From Eledone cirrhosa (Eukaryota): a stretch of DNA of 64,000 nucleotides. The notes beneath the pieces are model-generated. The model was given only the letters and a program-made list of their open reading frames with translations. It was not told the origin of the DNA and searched no databases. Made by a program: the position numbers and the translations under genes. Where the stretch lies: positions 25,792,001 through 25,856,000 of the forward strand of contig OZ024754.1 in NCBI GenBank assembly GCA_964016885.1, read 5' to 3'. This document shows positions 1 through 12,000 of this stretch, in pieces. The first letter of the stretch is position 1. Every line of letters starts with the position of its first letter.

Positions 1-3000
1 TTTCTTCTCAGACAAACTGTGGCTGTCCACCTCTCCTGAGAGTTTCTTCTCAGACAACCTGCTGCTGTCCAGCTCTCTTGAGAGATTCTTCTCAGACAAC
101 CTGCTGCTGTCCACCTCTCCTGAGAGTTTCTTCTCAGACAACCTTCTGCTGTCCACCTCTCCTGAGAGTTTCTTCGCAGCCAAGCTGTTGCTGTCCAACT
201 CTCCCTGAGAGATTCTTCTCAGACGACCTTCTGCTGTCCACATCTCCTGAGAGTTTCTTCTCAGACACCCTGCCGCTGTCCACCTCTCCTGAGAGTTTCT
301 TCTCAGACAACCTTCTGCTGTCCAGCTCTCCTGAGAGATTCTTCTCAGACAACCTTCTGCTGTACAGCTCTCCTAAGAGTTTCTTCCCAGACAACCTTCT
401 GCTGTCCACCTCTCCTGATAGTTTCTTCTCAGACGACCTTCTGCTGTCCACCTCTCCTGAGAGTTTCTTCTCAGACAACCTTCTGCTGTCCAGCTCTCCT
501 GAGAGTTTCTTCTCAGACAAGCTTCTGCTGTCCACCTCTCCTGAGAGTTTCTTCTCAGACGACCTTCTGCTGTCCAGCTCTCCCTGAGAGTCTCTTCTAA
601 GACAACCTGCTGCTGTCCACCTCTCCTGAGAGTTTCTTCTCAGACAACATTCTGCTATCCACCTCTCCGGAGAGTTTCTTCTCAGACAACCTTCTGCTGT
701 CCAGCTCTCCCGAGAGTTTCTTCTCAGACAACCTTCTGCTGTCCACCTCTCCTGAGAGTTTCTTCTCAGACGACATTCTGCTGTCCAGCTTTCCTGAGAG
801 TTTCTTCTCGGACAAACTGCTGCTGTCCACCTCTCCTGAGAGTTTCTTCTCAGACAACCTGCTGCTGTCCACCTCTCCTGAGAGTTTCTTCTCAGACAAC
901 CTGCTGCTGTCCACCTCTCCTGAGAGTTTCTTCTCAGACAACCTTCTGCTGTCCAGCTCTCTTGAGAGTTTCTTCTCAGACAACCTGCTGTTGTCCACCT
1001 CTCCTGAGAGTTTCTTCGCAGACAACCTGCTGCTGTCCACCTCTCCTGAGAGTTTCTTCTCAGACAACCTGCTGCTGTCCACCTCTCCTGAGAGTTTCTT
1101 CTCAGACAACCTGCTGCTGTCCACCTCTCCTGAGAGTTTCTTCTCAGACAACCTGCTGCTGTCCACCTCGCCTGAGAGTTTCTTCTCAGACAACCTGTTG
1201 CTGTCCACCTCTCCCTGAGAGTTTCTTCTCAGACAACCTGCTGCTGTCCACCTCTCCTGAGAGTTTCTTCTCAGACAAACTGATGCTGTCCACCTCTCCT
1301 GAGAGTTTCTTCTCAGACGACATTCTGCTGTCCAGCTCTCCCTGAGAGTTTCTTCTCAGACAACCTTCAGCTGTCCACCTCTCCTGAGAGTTTCTTCTCA
1401 GACAACCTTCTGCTGTCCAGCTCTCCTGAAAGTTTCTTCTCAGACAATCTTCTGCTGTACACCTCTCCTGAAAGTTTCTTCTCAGACAACCTTCTGCTGT
1501 CCACCTCTCCTGAGAGTTTCTTCTCAGACAACATTCTGCCATCCACCTCTCCGGAGAGTTTCTTCTCAGACAACCTTCTGCTGTCCAGCTCTCCCGAGAG
1601 TTTCTTCTCAGACAACCTTCTGCTGTCCACCTCTCCTGAGAGTTTCTTCTCAGACGACATTCTGCTGTCCAGCTCTCCTGAGAGTTTCTTCTCGGACAAA
1701 CTGCCGCTGTCCACCTCTCCTGAGAGTTTCTTCTCAGACAACCTGCTGCTGTCCACCTCTCCTGAGAGTTTCTTCTCAGACAACTTGCTGCTGTCCACCT
1801 CTCCTGAGAGTTTCTTCTCAGACAACCTTCTGCTGTCCAGCTCTCTTGAGAGTTTCTTCTCAGACAACCTGCTGCTGTCCACCTCTCCTGAGAGTTTCTT
1901 CTCAGACAACCTGCTGCTGTCCACCTCTCCTGAGAGTTTCTTCTCAGGCAACCTGCTGCTGTCCACCTCTCCTGAGAGTTTCTTCTCAGACAACCTTCTG
2001 CTGTCCAGCTCTCTTGAGAGTTTCTTCTCAGACAACCTGCTGCTCTCCACCTCTCCTGAGAGTTTCTTCTCAGACAACCTGCTGCTGTCCACCTCTCCTG
2101 AGAGTTTCTTCTCAGACAAGCTGCTGCTGTCCACCTCTCCTGAGAGTTTCTTCTCAGACAAACTGCTGCTGTCCACCTCTCCTGAGAGTTTCTTCTCAGA
2201 CAACCTGCTGCTGTCCACCTCGCCTGAGAGTTTCTTCTCAGACAACCTGCTGCTGTCCACCTCTCCTGAGAGTTTCTTCTCAGACAACCTGCTGCTGTCC
2301 ACCTCGCCTGAGAGTTTCTTCTCAGACAACCTGTTGCTGTCCACCTCTCCCTGAGAGTTTCTTCTCAGACAACCTGCTGCTGTCCACCTCTCCTGAGAGT
2401 TTCTTCTCAGACAAACTGATGCTGTCCACCTCTCCTGAGAGTTTCTTCTCAGACGACCTTCTGCTGTCCAGCTCTCCCTGAGAGTTTCTTCTCAGACAAC
2501 GTTCAGCTGTCCACCTCTCCTGAGAGTTTCTTCTCAGACAACCTTCTGCTGTCCAGCTCTTCTGAAAGTTTCTTCTCAGACAATCTTCTGCTGTACACCT
2601 CTCCTGAAAGTTTCTTCACAGACAACCTTCTGCTGTCCACCTCTCCTGAGAGTTTCTTCTCAGACAAACTGTGGCTGTCCACCTCTCCTGAGAGTTTCTT
2701 CTCAGACAACCTGCTGCTGTCCAGCTCTCTTGAGAGATTCTTCTCAGACAACCTGCTGCTGTCCACCTCTCCTGAGAGTTTCTTCTCAGACAACCTTCTG
2801 CTGTCCACCTCTCCTGAGAGTTTCTTCGCAGCCAAGCTGTTGCTGTCCAACTCTCCCTGAGAGATTCTTCTCAGACGACCTTCTGCTGTCCACATCTCCT
2901 GAGAGTTTCTTCTCAGACACCCTGCCGCTGTCCACCTCTCCTGAGAGTTTCTTCTCAGACAACCTTCTGCTGTCCAGCTCTCCTGAGAGATTCTTCTCAG

Positions 3001-6000
3001 ACAACCTTCTGCTGTACAGCTCTCCTAAGAGTTTCTTCCCAGACAACCTTCTGCTGTCCACCTCTCCTGATAGTTTCTTCTCAGACGACCTTCTGCTGTC
3101 CACCTCTCCTGAGAGTTTCTTCTCAGACAACCTTCTGCTGTCCAGCTCTCCTGAGAGTTTCTTCTCAGACAAGCTTCTGCTGTCCACCTCTCCTGAGAGT
3201 TTCTTCTCAGACGACCTTCTGCTGTCCAGCTCTCCCGAGAGTTTCTTCTCAGACAACCTTCTGCTGTCCACCTCTCCTGAGAGTTTCTTCTCAGACGACA
3301 TTCTGCTGTCCACATCTCCTGAGAGTTTCTTCTCAGACAACCTGCCGCTGTCCAGCTCTCCTGAGAGTTTCTTCTCAGACAACCTTCTGCTGTCCAGCTC
3401 TCCTGAGAGATTCTTCTCAGACAACCTTCTGCTGTACAGCTCTCCTGAGAGTTTCTTCTCAGACAAGCTTCTGCTGTCCACCTCTCCTGAGAGTTTCTTC
3501 TCAGACGACCTTCTGCTGTCCAGCTCTCCCTGAGAGTCTCTTCTAAGACAACCTGCTGCTGTCCACCTCTCCTGAGAGTTTCTTCTCAGACAACATTCTG
3601 CTATCCACCTCTCCGGAGAGTTTCTTCTCAGACAACCTTCTGCTGTCCAGCTCTCCCGAGAGTTTCTTCTCAGACAACCTTCTGCTGTCCACCTCTCCTG
3701 AGAGTTTCTTCTCAGACGACATTCTGCTGTCCAGCTCTCCTGAGAGTTTCTTCTCGGACAAACTGCTGCTGTCCACCTCTCCTGAGAGTTTCTTCTCAGA
3801 CAACCTGCTGCTGTCCACCTCTCCTGAGAGTTTCTTCTCAGACAACCTGCTGCTGTCCACCTCTCCTGAGAGTTTCTTCTCAGACAGCCTTCTGCTGTCC
3901 AGCTCTCTTGAGAGTTTCTTCTCAGACAACCTGCTGCTGTCCACCTCTCCTGAGAGTTTCTTCTCAGACAACCTGCTGCTGTCCACCTCTCCTGAGAGTT
4001 TCTTCTCAGACAAGCTGCTGCTGTCCACCTCTCCTGAGAGTTTCTTCTCAGGCAACCTGCTGCTGTCCACCTCTCCTGAGAGTTTCTTCTCAGACAACCT
4101 TCTGCTGTCCAGCTCTCTTGAGAGTTTCTTCTCAGACAACCTGCTGCTCTCCACCTCTCCTGAGAGTTTCTTCTCAGACAACCTGCTGCTGTCCAGCTCT
4201 CCTGAGAGTTTCTTCTCAGACAAGCTGCTGCTGTCCACCTCTCCTGAGAGTTTCTTCTCAGACAACCTGCTTCTGTCCACCTCTCCTGAGAGTTTCTTCT
4301 CAGACAACCTGCTGCTGTCCACCTCTCCTGAGAGTTTCTTCTCAGACAAACTGATGCTGTCCACCTCTCCTGAGAGTTTCTTCTCAGACGACCTTCTGCT
4401 GTCCAGCTCTCCCTGAGAGTTTCTTCTCAGACAACCTTCAGCTGTCCACCTCTCCTGAGAGTTTCTTCTCAGACAACCTTCTGCTGTCCAGCTCTTCTGA
4501 AAGTTTCTTCTCAGACAATCTTCTGCTGTACACCTCTCCTGAAAGTTTCTTCACAGACAACCTTCTGCTGTCCACCTCTCCTGAGAGTTTCTTCTCAGAC
4601 AAACTGTGGCTGTCCACCTCTCCTGAGAGTTTCTTCTCAGACAACCTGCTGCTGTCCAGCTCTCTTGAGAGATTCTTCTCAGACAACCTGCTGCTGTCCA
4701 CCTCTCCTGAGAGTTTCTTCTCAGACAACCTTCTGCTGTCCACCTCTCCTGAGAGTTTCTTCGCAGACAAGCTGTTGCTGTCCAGCTCTCCCTGAGAGAT
4801 TCTTCTCAGACGACCTTCTGCTGTCCACATCTCCTGAGAGTTTCTTCTCAGACAACCTGCCGCTGTCCACCTCTCCTGAGAGTTTCTTCTCAGACAACCT
4901 TCTGCTGTCCAGCTCTCCTGAGTGATTCTTCTCAGACAACCTTCTGCTGTACAGCTCTCCTAAGAGTTTCTTCCCAGACAACCTTCTGCTGTCCACCTCT
5001 CCTGATAGTTTCTTCTCAGACGACCTTCTGCTGTCCACCTCTCCTGAGAGTTTCTTCTCAGACAACCTTCTGCTGTCCAGCTCTCCTGAGAGTTTCTTCT
5101 CAGACAAGCTTCTGCTGTCCACCTCTCCTGAGAGTTTCTTCTCAGACGACCTTCTGCTGTCCAGCTCTCCCTGAGAGTCTCTTCTAAGACAACCTGCTGC
5201 TGTCCACCTCTCCTGAGAGTTTCTTCTCAGACAACATTCTGCTATCCACCTCTCCGGAGAGTTTCTTCTCAGACAACCTTCTGCTGTCCAGCTCTCCCGA
5301 GAGTTTCTTCTCAGACAACCTTCTGCTGTCCACCTCTCCTGAGAGTTTCTTCTCAGACGACATTCTGCTGTCCAGCTTTCCTGAGAGTTTCTTCTCGGAC
5401 AAACTGCTGCTGTCCACCTCTCCTGAGAGTTTCTTCTCAGACAACCTGCTGCTGTCCACCTCTCCTGAGAGTTTCTTCTCAGACAACCTGCTGCTGTCCA
5501 CCTCTCCTGAGAGTTTCTTCTCAGACAACCTTCTGCTGTCCAGCTCTCTTGAGAGTTTCTTCTCAGACAACCTGCTGTTGTCCACCTCTCCTGAGAGTTT
5601 CTTCGCAGACAACCTGCTGCTGTCCACCTCTCCTGAGAGTTTCTTCTCAGACAACCTGCTGCTGTCCACCTCTCCTGAGAGTTTCTTCTCAGACAACCTG
5701 CTGCTGTCCACCTCTCCTGAGAGTTTCTTCTCAGACAACCTGCTGCTGTCCACCTCGCCTGAGAGTTTCTTCTCAGACAACCTGTTGCTGTCCACCTCTC
5801 CCTGAGAGTTTCTTCTCAGACAACCTGCTGCTGTCCACCTCTCCTGAGAGTTTCTTCTCAGACAAACTGATGCTGTCCACCTCTCCTGAGAGTTTCTTCT
5901 CAGACGACATTCTGCTGTCCAGCTCTCCCTGAGAGTTTCTTCTCAGACAACCTTCAGCTGTCCACCTCTCCTGAGAGTTTCTTCTCAGACAACCTTCTGC

Positions 6001-9000
6001 TGTCCAGCTCTCCTGAAAGTTTCTTCTCAGACAATCTTCTGCTGTACACCTCTCCTGAAAGTTTCTTCTCAGACAACCTTCTGCTGTCCACCTCTCCTGA
6101 GAGTTTCTTCTCAGACAACATTCTGCCATCCACCTCTCCGGAGAGTTTCTTCTCAGACAACCTTCTGCTGTCCAGCTCTCCCGAGAGTTTCTTCTCAGAC
6201 AACCTTCTGCTGTCCACCTCTCCTGAGAGTTTCTTCTCAGACGACATTCTGCTGTCCAGCTCTCCTGAGAGTTTCTTCTCGGACAAACTGCCGCTGTCCA
6301 CCTCTCCTGAGAGTTTCTTCTCAGACAACCTGCTGCTGTCCACCTCTCCTGAGAGTTTCTTCTCAGACAACTTGCTGCTGTCCACCTCTCCTGAGAGTTT
6401 CTTCTCAGACAACCTTCTGCTGTCCAGCTCTCTTGAGAGTTTCTTCTCAGACAACCTGCTGCTGTCCACCTCTCCTGAGAGTTTCTTCTCAGACAACCTG
6501 CTGCTGTCCACCTCTCCTGAGAGTTTCTTCTCAGGCAACCTGCTGCTGTCCACCTCTCCTGAGAGTTTCTTCTCAGACAACCTTCTGCTGTCCAGCTCTC
6601 TTGAGAGTTTCTTCTCAGACAACCTGCTGCTCTCCACCTCTCCTGAGAGTTTCTTCTCAGACAACCTGCTGCTGTCCACCTCTCCTGAGAGTTTCTTCTC
6701 AGACAACCTGCTGCTGTCCACCTCTCCTGAGAGTTTCTTCTCAGACAACCTGCTGCTGTCCACCTCTCCTGAGAGTTTCTTCTCAGACAACCTGCTGCTG
6801 TCCACCTCGCCTGAGAGTTTCTTCTCAGACAACCTGTTGCTGTCCACCTCTCCCTGAGAGTTTCTTCTCAGACAACCTGCTGCTGTCCACCTCTCCTGAG
6901 AGTTTCTTCTCAGACAAACTGATGTTGTCCACCTGTCCTGAGAGTTTCTTCTCAGACGACCTTCTGCTGTCCAGCTCTCCCTGAGAGTTTCTTCTCAGAC
7001 AATCTTCTGCTGTACACCTCTCCTGAAAGTTTCTTCACAGACAACCTTCTGCTGTCCACCTCTCCTGAGAGTTTCTTCTCAGACAAACTGTGGCTGTCCA
7101 CCTCTCCTGAGAGTTTCTTCTCAGACAACCTGCTGCTGTCCAGCTCTCTTGAGAGATTCTTCTCAGACAACCTGCTGCTGTCCACCTCTCCTGAGAGTTT
7201 CTTCTCAGACAACCTTCTGCTGTCCACCTCTCCTGAGAGTTTCTTCGCAGCCAAGCTGTTGCTGTCCAACTCTCCCTGAGAGATTCTTCTCAGACGACCT
7301 TTTGCTGTCCACATCTCCTGAGAGTTTCTTCTCAGACACCCTGCCGCTGTCCACCTCTCCTGAGAGTTTCTTCTCAGACAACCTTCTGCTGTCCAGCTCT
7401 CCTGAGAGATTCTTCTCAGACAACCTTCTGCTGTACAGCTCTCCTAAGAGTTTCTTCCCAGACAACTTTCTGCTGTCCACCTCTCCTGATAGTTTCTTCT
7501 CAGACGACCTTCTGCTGTCCACCTCTCCTGAGAGTTTCTTCTCAGACAACCTTCTGCTGTCCAGCTCTCCTGAGAGTTTCTTCTCAGACAAGCTTCTGCT
7601 GTCCACCTCTCCTGAGAGTTTCTTCTCAGACGACCTTCTGCTGTCCAGCTCTCCCGAGAGTTTCTTCTCAGACAACCTTCTGCTGTCCACCTCTCCTGAG
7701 AGTTTCTTCTCAGACGACATTCTGCTGTCCACATCTCCTGAGAGTTTCTTCTCAGACAACCTGCCGCTGTCCAGCTCTCCTGAGAGTTTCTTCTCAGACA
7801 ACCTTCTGCTGTCCAGCTCTCCTGAGAGATTCTTCTCAGACAACCTTCTGCTGTACAGCTCTCCTGAGAGTTTCTTCTCAGACAAGCTTCTGCTGTCCAC
7901 CTCTCCTGAGAGTTTCTTCTCAGACGACCTTCTGCTGTCCAGCTCTCCCTGAGAGTCTCTTCTAAGACAACCTGCTGCTGTCCACCTCTCCTGAGAGTTT
8001 CTTCTCAGACAACATTCTGCTATCCACCTCTCCGGAGAGTTTCTTCTCAGACAACCTTCTGCTGTCCAGCTCTCCCGAGAGTTTCTTCTCAGACAGCCTT
8101 CTGCTGTCCACCTCTCCTGAGAGTTTCTTCTCAGACGACATTCTTCTGTCCAGCTCTCCTGAGAGTTTCTTCTCGGACAAACTGCTGCTGTCCACCTCTC
8201 CTGAGAGTTTCTTCTCAGACAACCTGCTGCTGTCCACCTCTCCTGAGAGTTTCTTCTCAGACAACCTGCTGCTGTCCACCTCTCCTGAGAGTTTCTTCTC
8301 AGACAGCCTTCTGCTGTCCAGCTCTCTTGAGAGTTTCTTCTCAGACAACCTGCTGCTGTCCACCTCTCCTGAGAGTTTCTTCTCAGACAACCTGCTGCTG
8401 TCCACCTCTCCTGAGAGTTTCTTCTCAGACAAGCTGCTGCTGTCCACCTCTCCTGAGAGTTTCTTCTCAGGCAACCTGCTGCTGTCCACCTCTCCTGAGA
8501 GTTTCTTCTCAGACAACCTTCTGCTATCCAGCTCTCTTGAGAGTTTCTTCTCAGACAACCTGCTGCTCTCCACCTCTCCTGAGAGTTTCTTCTCAGACAA
8601 CCTGCTGCTGTCCACCTCTCCTGAGAGTTTCTTCTCAGACAAGCTGCTGCTGTCCACCTCTCCTGAGAGTTTCTTCTCAGACAACCTGCTGCTGTCCACC
8701 TCTCCTGAGAGTTTCTTCTCAGACAACCTGCTGCTGTCCACCTCGCCTGAGAGTTTCTTCTCAGACAACCTGTTGCTGTCCACCTCTCCCTGAGAGTTTC
8801 TTCTCAGACAACCTGCTGCTGTCCACCTCTCCTGAGAGTTTCTTCTCAGACAAACTGATGCTGTCCACCTCTCCTGAGAGTTTCTTCTCAGACGACCTTC
8901 TGCTGTCCAGCTCTCCCTGAGAGTTTCTTCTCAGACAACCTTCAGCTGTCCACCTCTCCTGAGAGTTTCTTCTCAGACAACCTTCTGCTGTCCAGCTCTT

Positions 9001-12000
9001 CTGAAAGTTTCTTCTCAGACAATCTTCTGCTGTACACCTCTCCTGAAAGTTTCTTCACAGACAACCTTCTGCTGTCCACCTCTCCTGAGAGTTTCTTCTC
9101 AGACAAACTGTGGCTGTCCACCTCTCCTGAGAGTTTCTTCTCAGACAACCTGCTGCTGTCCAGCTCTCTTGAGAGATTCTTCTCAGACAACCTGCTGCTG
9201 TCCACCTCTCCAGAGAGTTTCTTCTCAGACAACCTTCTGCTGTCCACCTCTCCTGAGAGTTTCTTCGCAGACAAGCTGTTGCTGTCCAGCTCTCCCTGAG
9301 AGATTCTTCTCAGACGACCTTTTGCTGTCCACATCTCCTGAGAGTTTCTTCTCAGACACCCTGCCGCTGTCCACCTCTCCTGAGAGTTTCTTCTCAGACA
9401 ACCTTCTGCTGTCCAGCTCTCCTGAGAGATTCTTCTCAGACAACCTTCTGCTGTACAGCTCTCCTAAGAGTTTCTTCCCAGACAACTTTCTGCTGTCCAC
9501 CTCTCCTGATAGTTTCTTCTCAGACGACCTTCTGCTGTCCACCTCTCCTGAGAGTTTCTTCTCAGACAACCTTCTGCTGTCCAGCTCTCCTGAGAGTTTC
9601 TTCTCAGACAAGCTTCTGCTGTCCACCTCTCCTGAGAGTTTCTTCTCAGACGACCTTCTGCTGTCCAGCTCTCCCGAGAGTTTCTTCTCAGACAACCTTC
9701 TGCTGTCCACCTCTCCTGAGAGTTTCTTCTCAGACGACATTCTGCTGACCACATCTCCTGAGAGTTTCTTCTCAGACAACCTGCCGCTGTCCAGCTCTCC
9801 TGAGAGTTTCTTCTCAGACAACCTTCTGCTGTCCAGCTCTCCTGAGAGATTCTTCTCAGACAACCTTCTGCTGTACAGCTCTCCTGAGAGTTTCTTCTCA
9901 GACAAGCTTCTGCTGTCCACCTCTCCTGAGAGTTTCTTCTCAGACGACCTTCTGCTGTCCAGCTCTCCCTGAGAGTCTCTTCTAAGACAACCTGCTGCTG
10001 TCCACCTCTCCTGAGAGTTTCTTCTCAGACAACATTCTGCTATCCACCTCTCCGGAGAGTTTCTTCTCAGACAACCTTCTGCTGTCCAGCTCTCCCGAGA
10101 GTTTCTTCTCAGACAGCCTTCTGCTGTCCACCTCTCCTGAGAGTTTCTTCTCAGACGACATTCTGCTGTCCAGCTCTCCTGAGAGTTTCTTCTCGGACAA
10201 ACTGCTGCTGTCCACCTCTCCTGAGAGTTTCTTCTCAGACAACCTGCTGCTGTCCACCTCTCCTGAGAGTTTCTTCTCAGACAACCTGCTGCTGTCCACC
10301 TCTCCTGAGAGTTTCTTCTCAGACAGCCTTCTGCTGTCCAGCTCTCTTGAGAGTTTCTTCTCAGACAACCTGCTGCTGTCCACCTCTCCTGAGAGTTTCT
10401 TCTCAGACAACCTGCTGCTGTCCACCTCTCCTGAGAGTTTCTTCTCAGACAAGCTGCTGCTGTCCACCTCTCCTGAGAGTTTCTTCTCAGGCAACCTGCT
10501 GCTGTCCACCTCTCCTGAGAGTTTCTTCTCAGACAACCTTCTGCTATCCAGCTCTCTTGAGAGTTTCTTCTCAGACAACCTGCTGCTCTCCACCTCTCCT
10601 GAGAGTTTCTTCTCAGACAACCTGCTGCTGTCCACCTCTCCTGAGAGTTTCTTCTCAGACAAGCTGCTGCTGTCCACCTCTCCTGAGAGTTTCTTCTCAG
10701 ACAACCTGCTGCTGTCCACCTCTCCTGAGAGTTTCTTCTCAGACAACCTGCTGCTGTCCACCTCGCCTGAGAGTTTCTTCTCAGACAACCTGTTGCTGTC
10801 CACCTCTCCCTGAGAGTTTCTTCTCAGACAACCTGCTGCTGTCCACCTCTCCTGAGAGTTTCTTCTCAGACAAACTGATGCTGTCCACCTCTCCTGAGAG
10901 TTTCTTCTCAGACGACCTTCTGCTGTCCAGCTCTCCCTGAGAGTTTCTTCTCAGACAACCTTCAGCTGTCCACCTCTCCTGAGAGTTTCTTCTCAGACAA
11001 CCTTCTGCTGTCCAGCTCTTCTGAAAGTTTCTTCTCAGACAATCTTCTGCTGTACACCTCTCCTGAAAGTTTCTTCACAGACAACCTTCTGCTGTCCACC
11101 TCTCCTGAGAGTTTCTTCTCAGACAAACTGTGGCTGTCCACCTCTCCTGAGAGTTTCTTCTCAGACAACCTGCTGCTGTCCAGCTCTCTTGAGAGATTCT
11201 TCTCAGACAACCTGCTGCTGTCCACCTCTCCAGAGAGTTTCTTCTCAGACAACCTTCTGCTGTCCACCTCTCCTGAGAGTTTCTTCGCAGACAAGCTGTT
11301 GCTGTCCAGCTCTCCCTGAGAGATTCTTCTCAGACGACCTTCTGCTGTCCACATCTCCTGAGAGTTTCTTCTCAGACAACCTGCCGCTGTCCACCTCTCC
11401 TGAGAGTTTCTTCTCAGACAACCTTCTGCTGTCCAGCTCTCCTGAGAGATTCTTCTCAGACAACCTTCTGCTGTACAGCTCTCCTAAGAGTTTCTTCCCA
11501 GACAACCTTCTGCTGTCCACCTCTCCTGATAGTTTCTTCTCAGACGACCTTCTGCTGTCCACCTCTCCTGAGAGTTTCTTCTCAGACAACCTTCTGCTGT
11601 CCAGCTCTCCTGAGAGTTTCTTCTCAGACAAGCTTCTGCTGTCCACCTCTCCCGAGAGTTTCTTCTCAGACGACCTTCTGCTGTCCAGCTCTCCCTGAGA
11701 GTCTCTTCTAAGACAACCTGCTGCTGTCCACCTCTCCTGAGAGTTTCTTCTCAGACAACATTCTGCTATCCACCTCTCCGGAGAGTTTCTTCTCAGACAA
11801 CCTTCTGCTGTCCAGCTCTCCCGAGAGTTTCTTCTCAGACAACCTTCTGCTGTCCACCTCTCCTGAGAGTTTCTTCTCAGACGACATTCTGCTGTCCAGC
11901 TTTCCTGAGAGTTTCTTCTCGGACAAACTGCTGCTGTCCACCTCTCCTGAGAGTTTCTTCTCAGACAACCTGCTGCTGTCCACCTCTCCTGAGAGTTTCT

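Noticed and set aside
1846-2481. Cys-rich 'QTTCCCPP' repeats resembling keratin-associated or metallothionein-like proteins
   Set aside because: They arise from the (CTG)3 tract in one frame. The frame switches at each 43-mer and there is no gene context.
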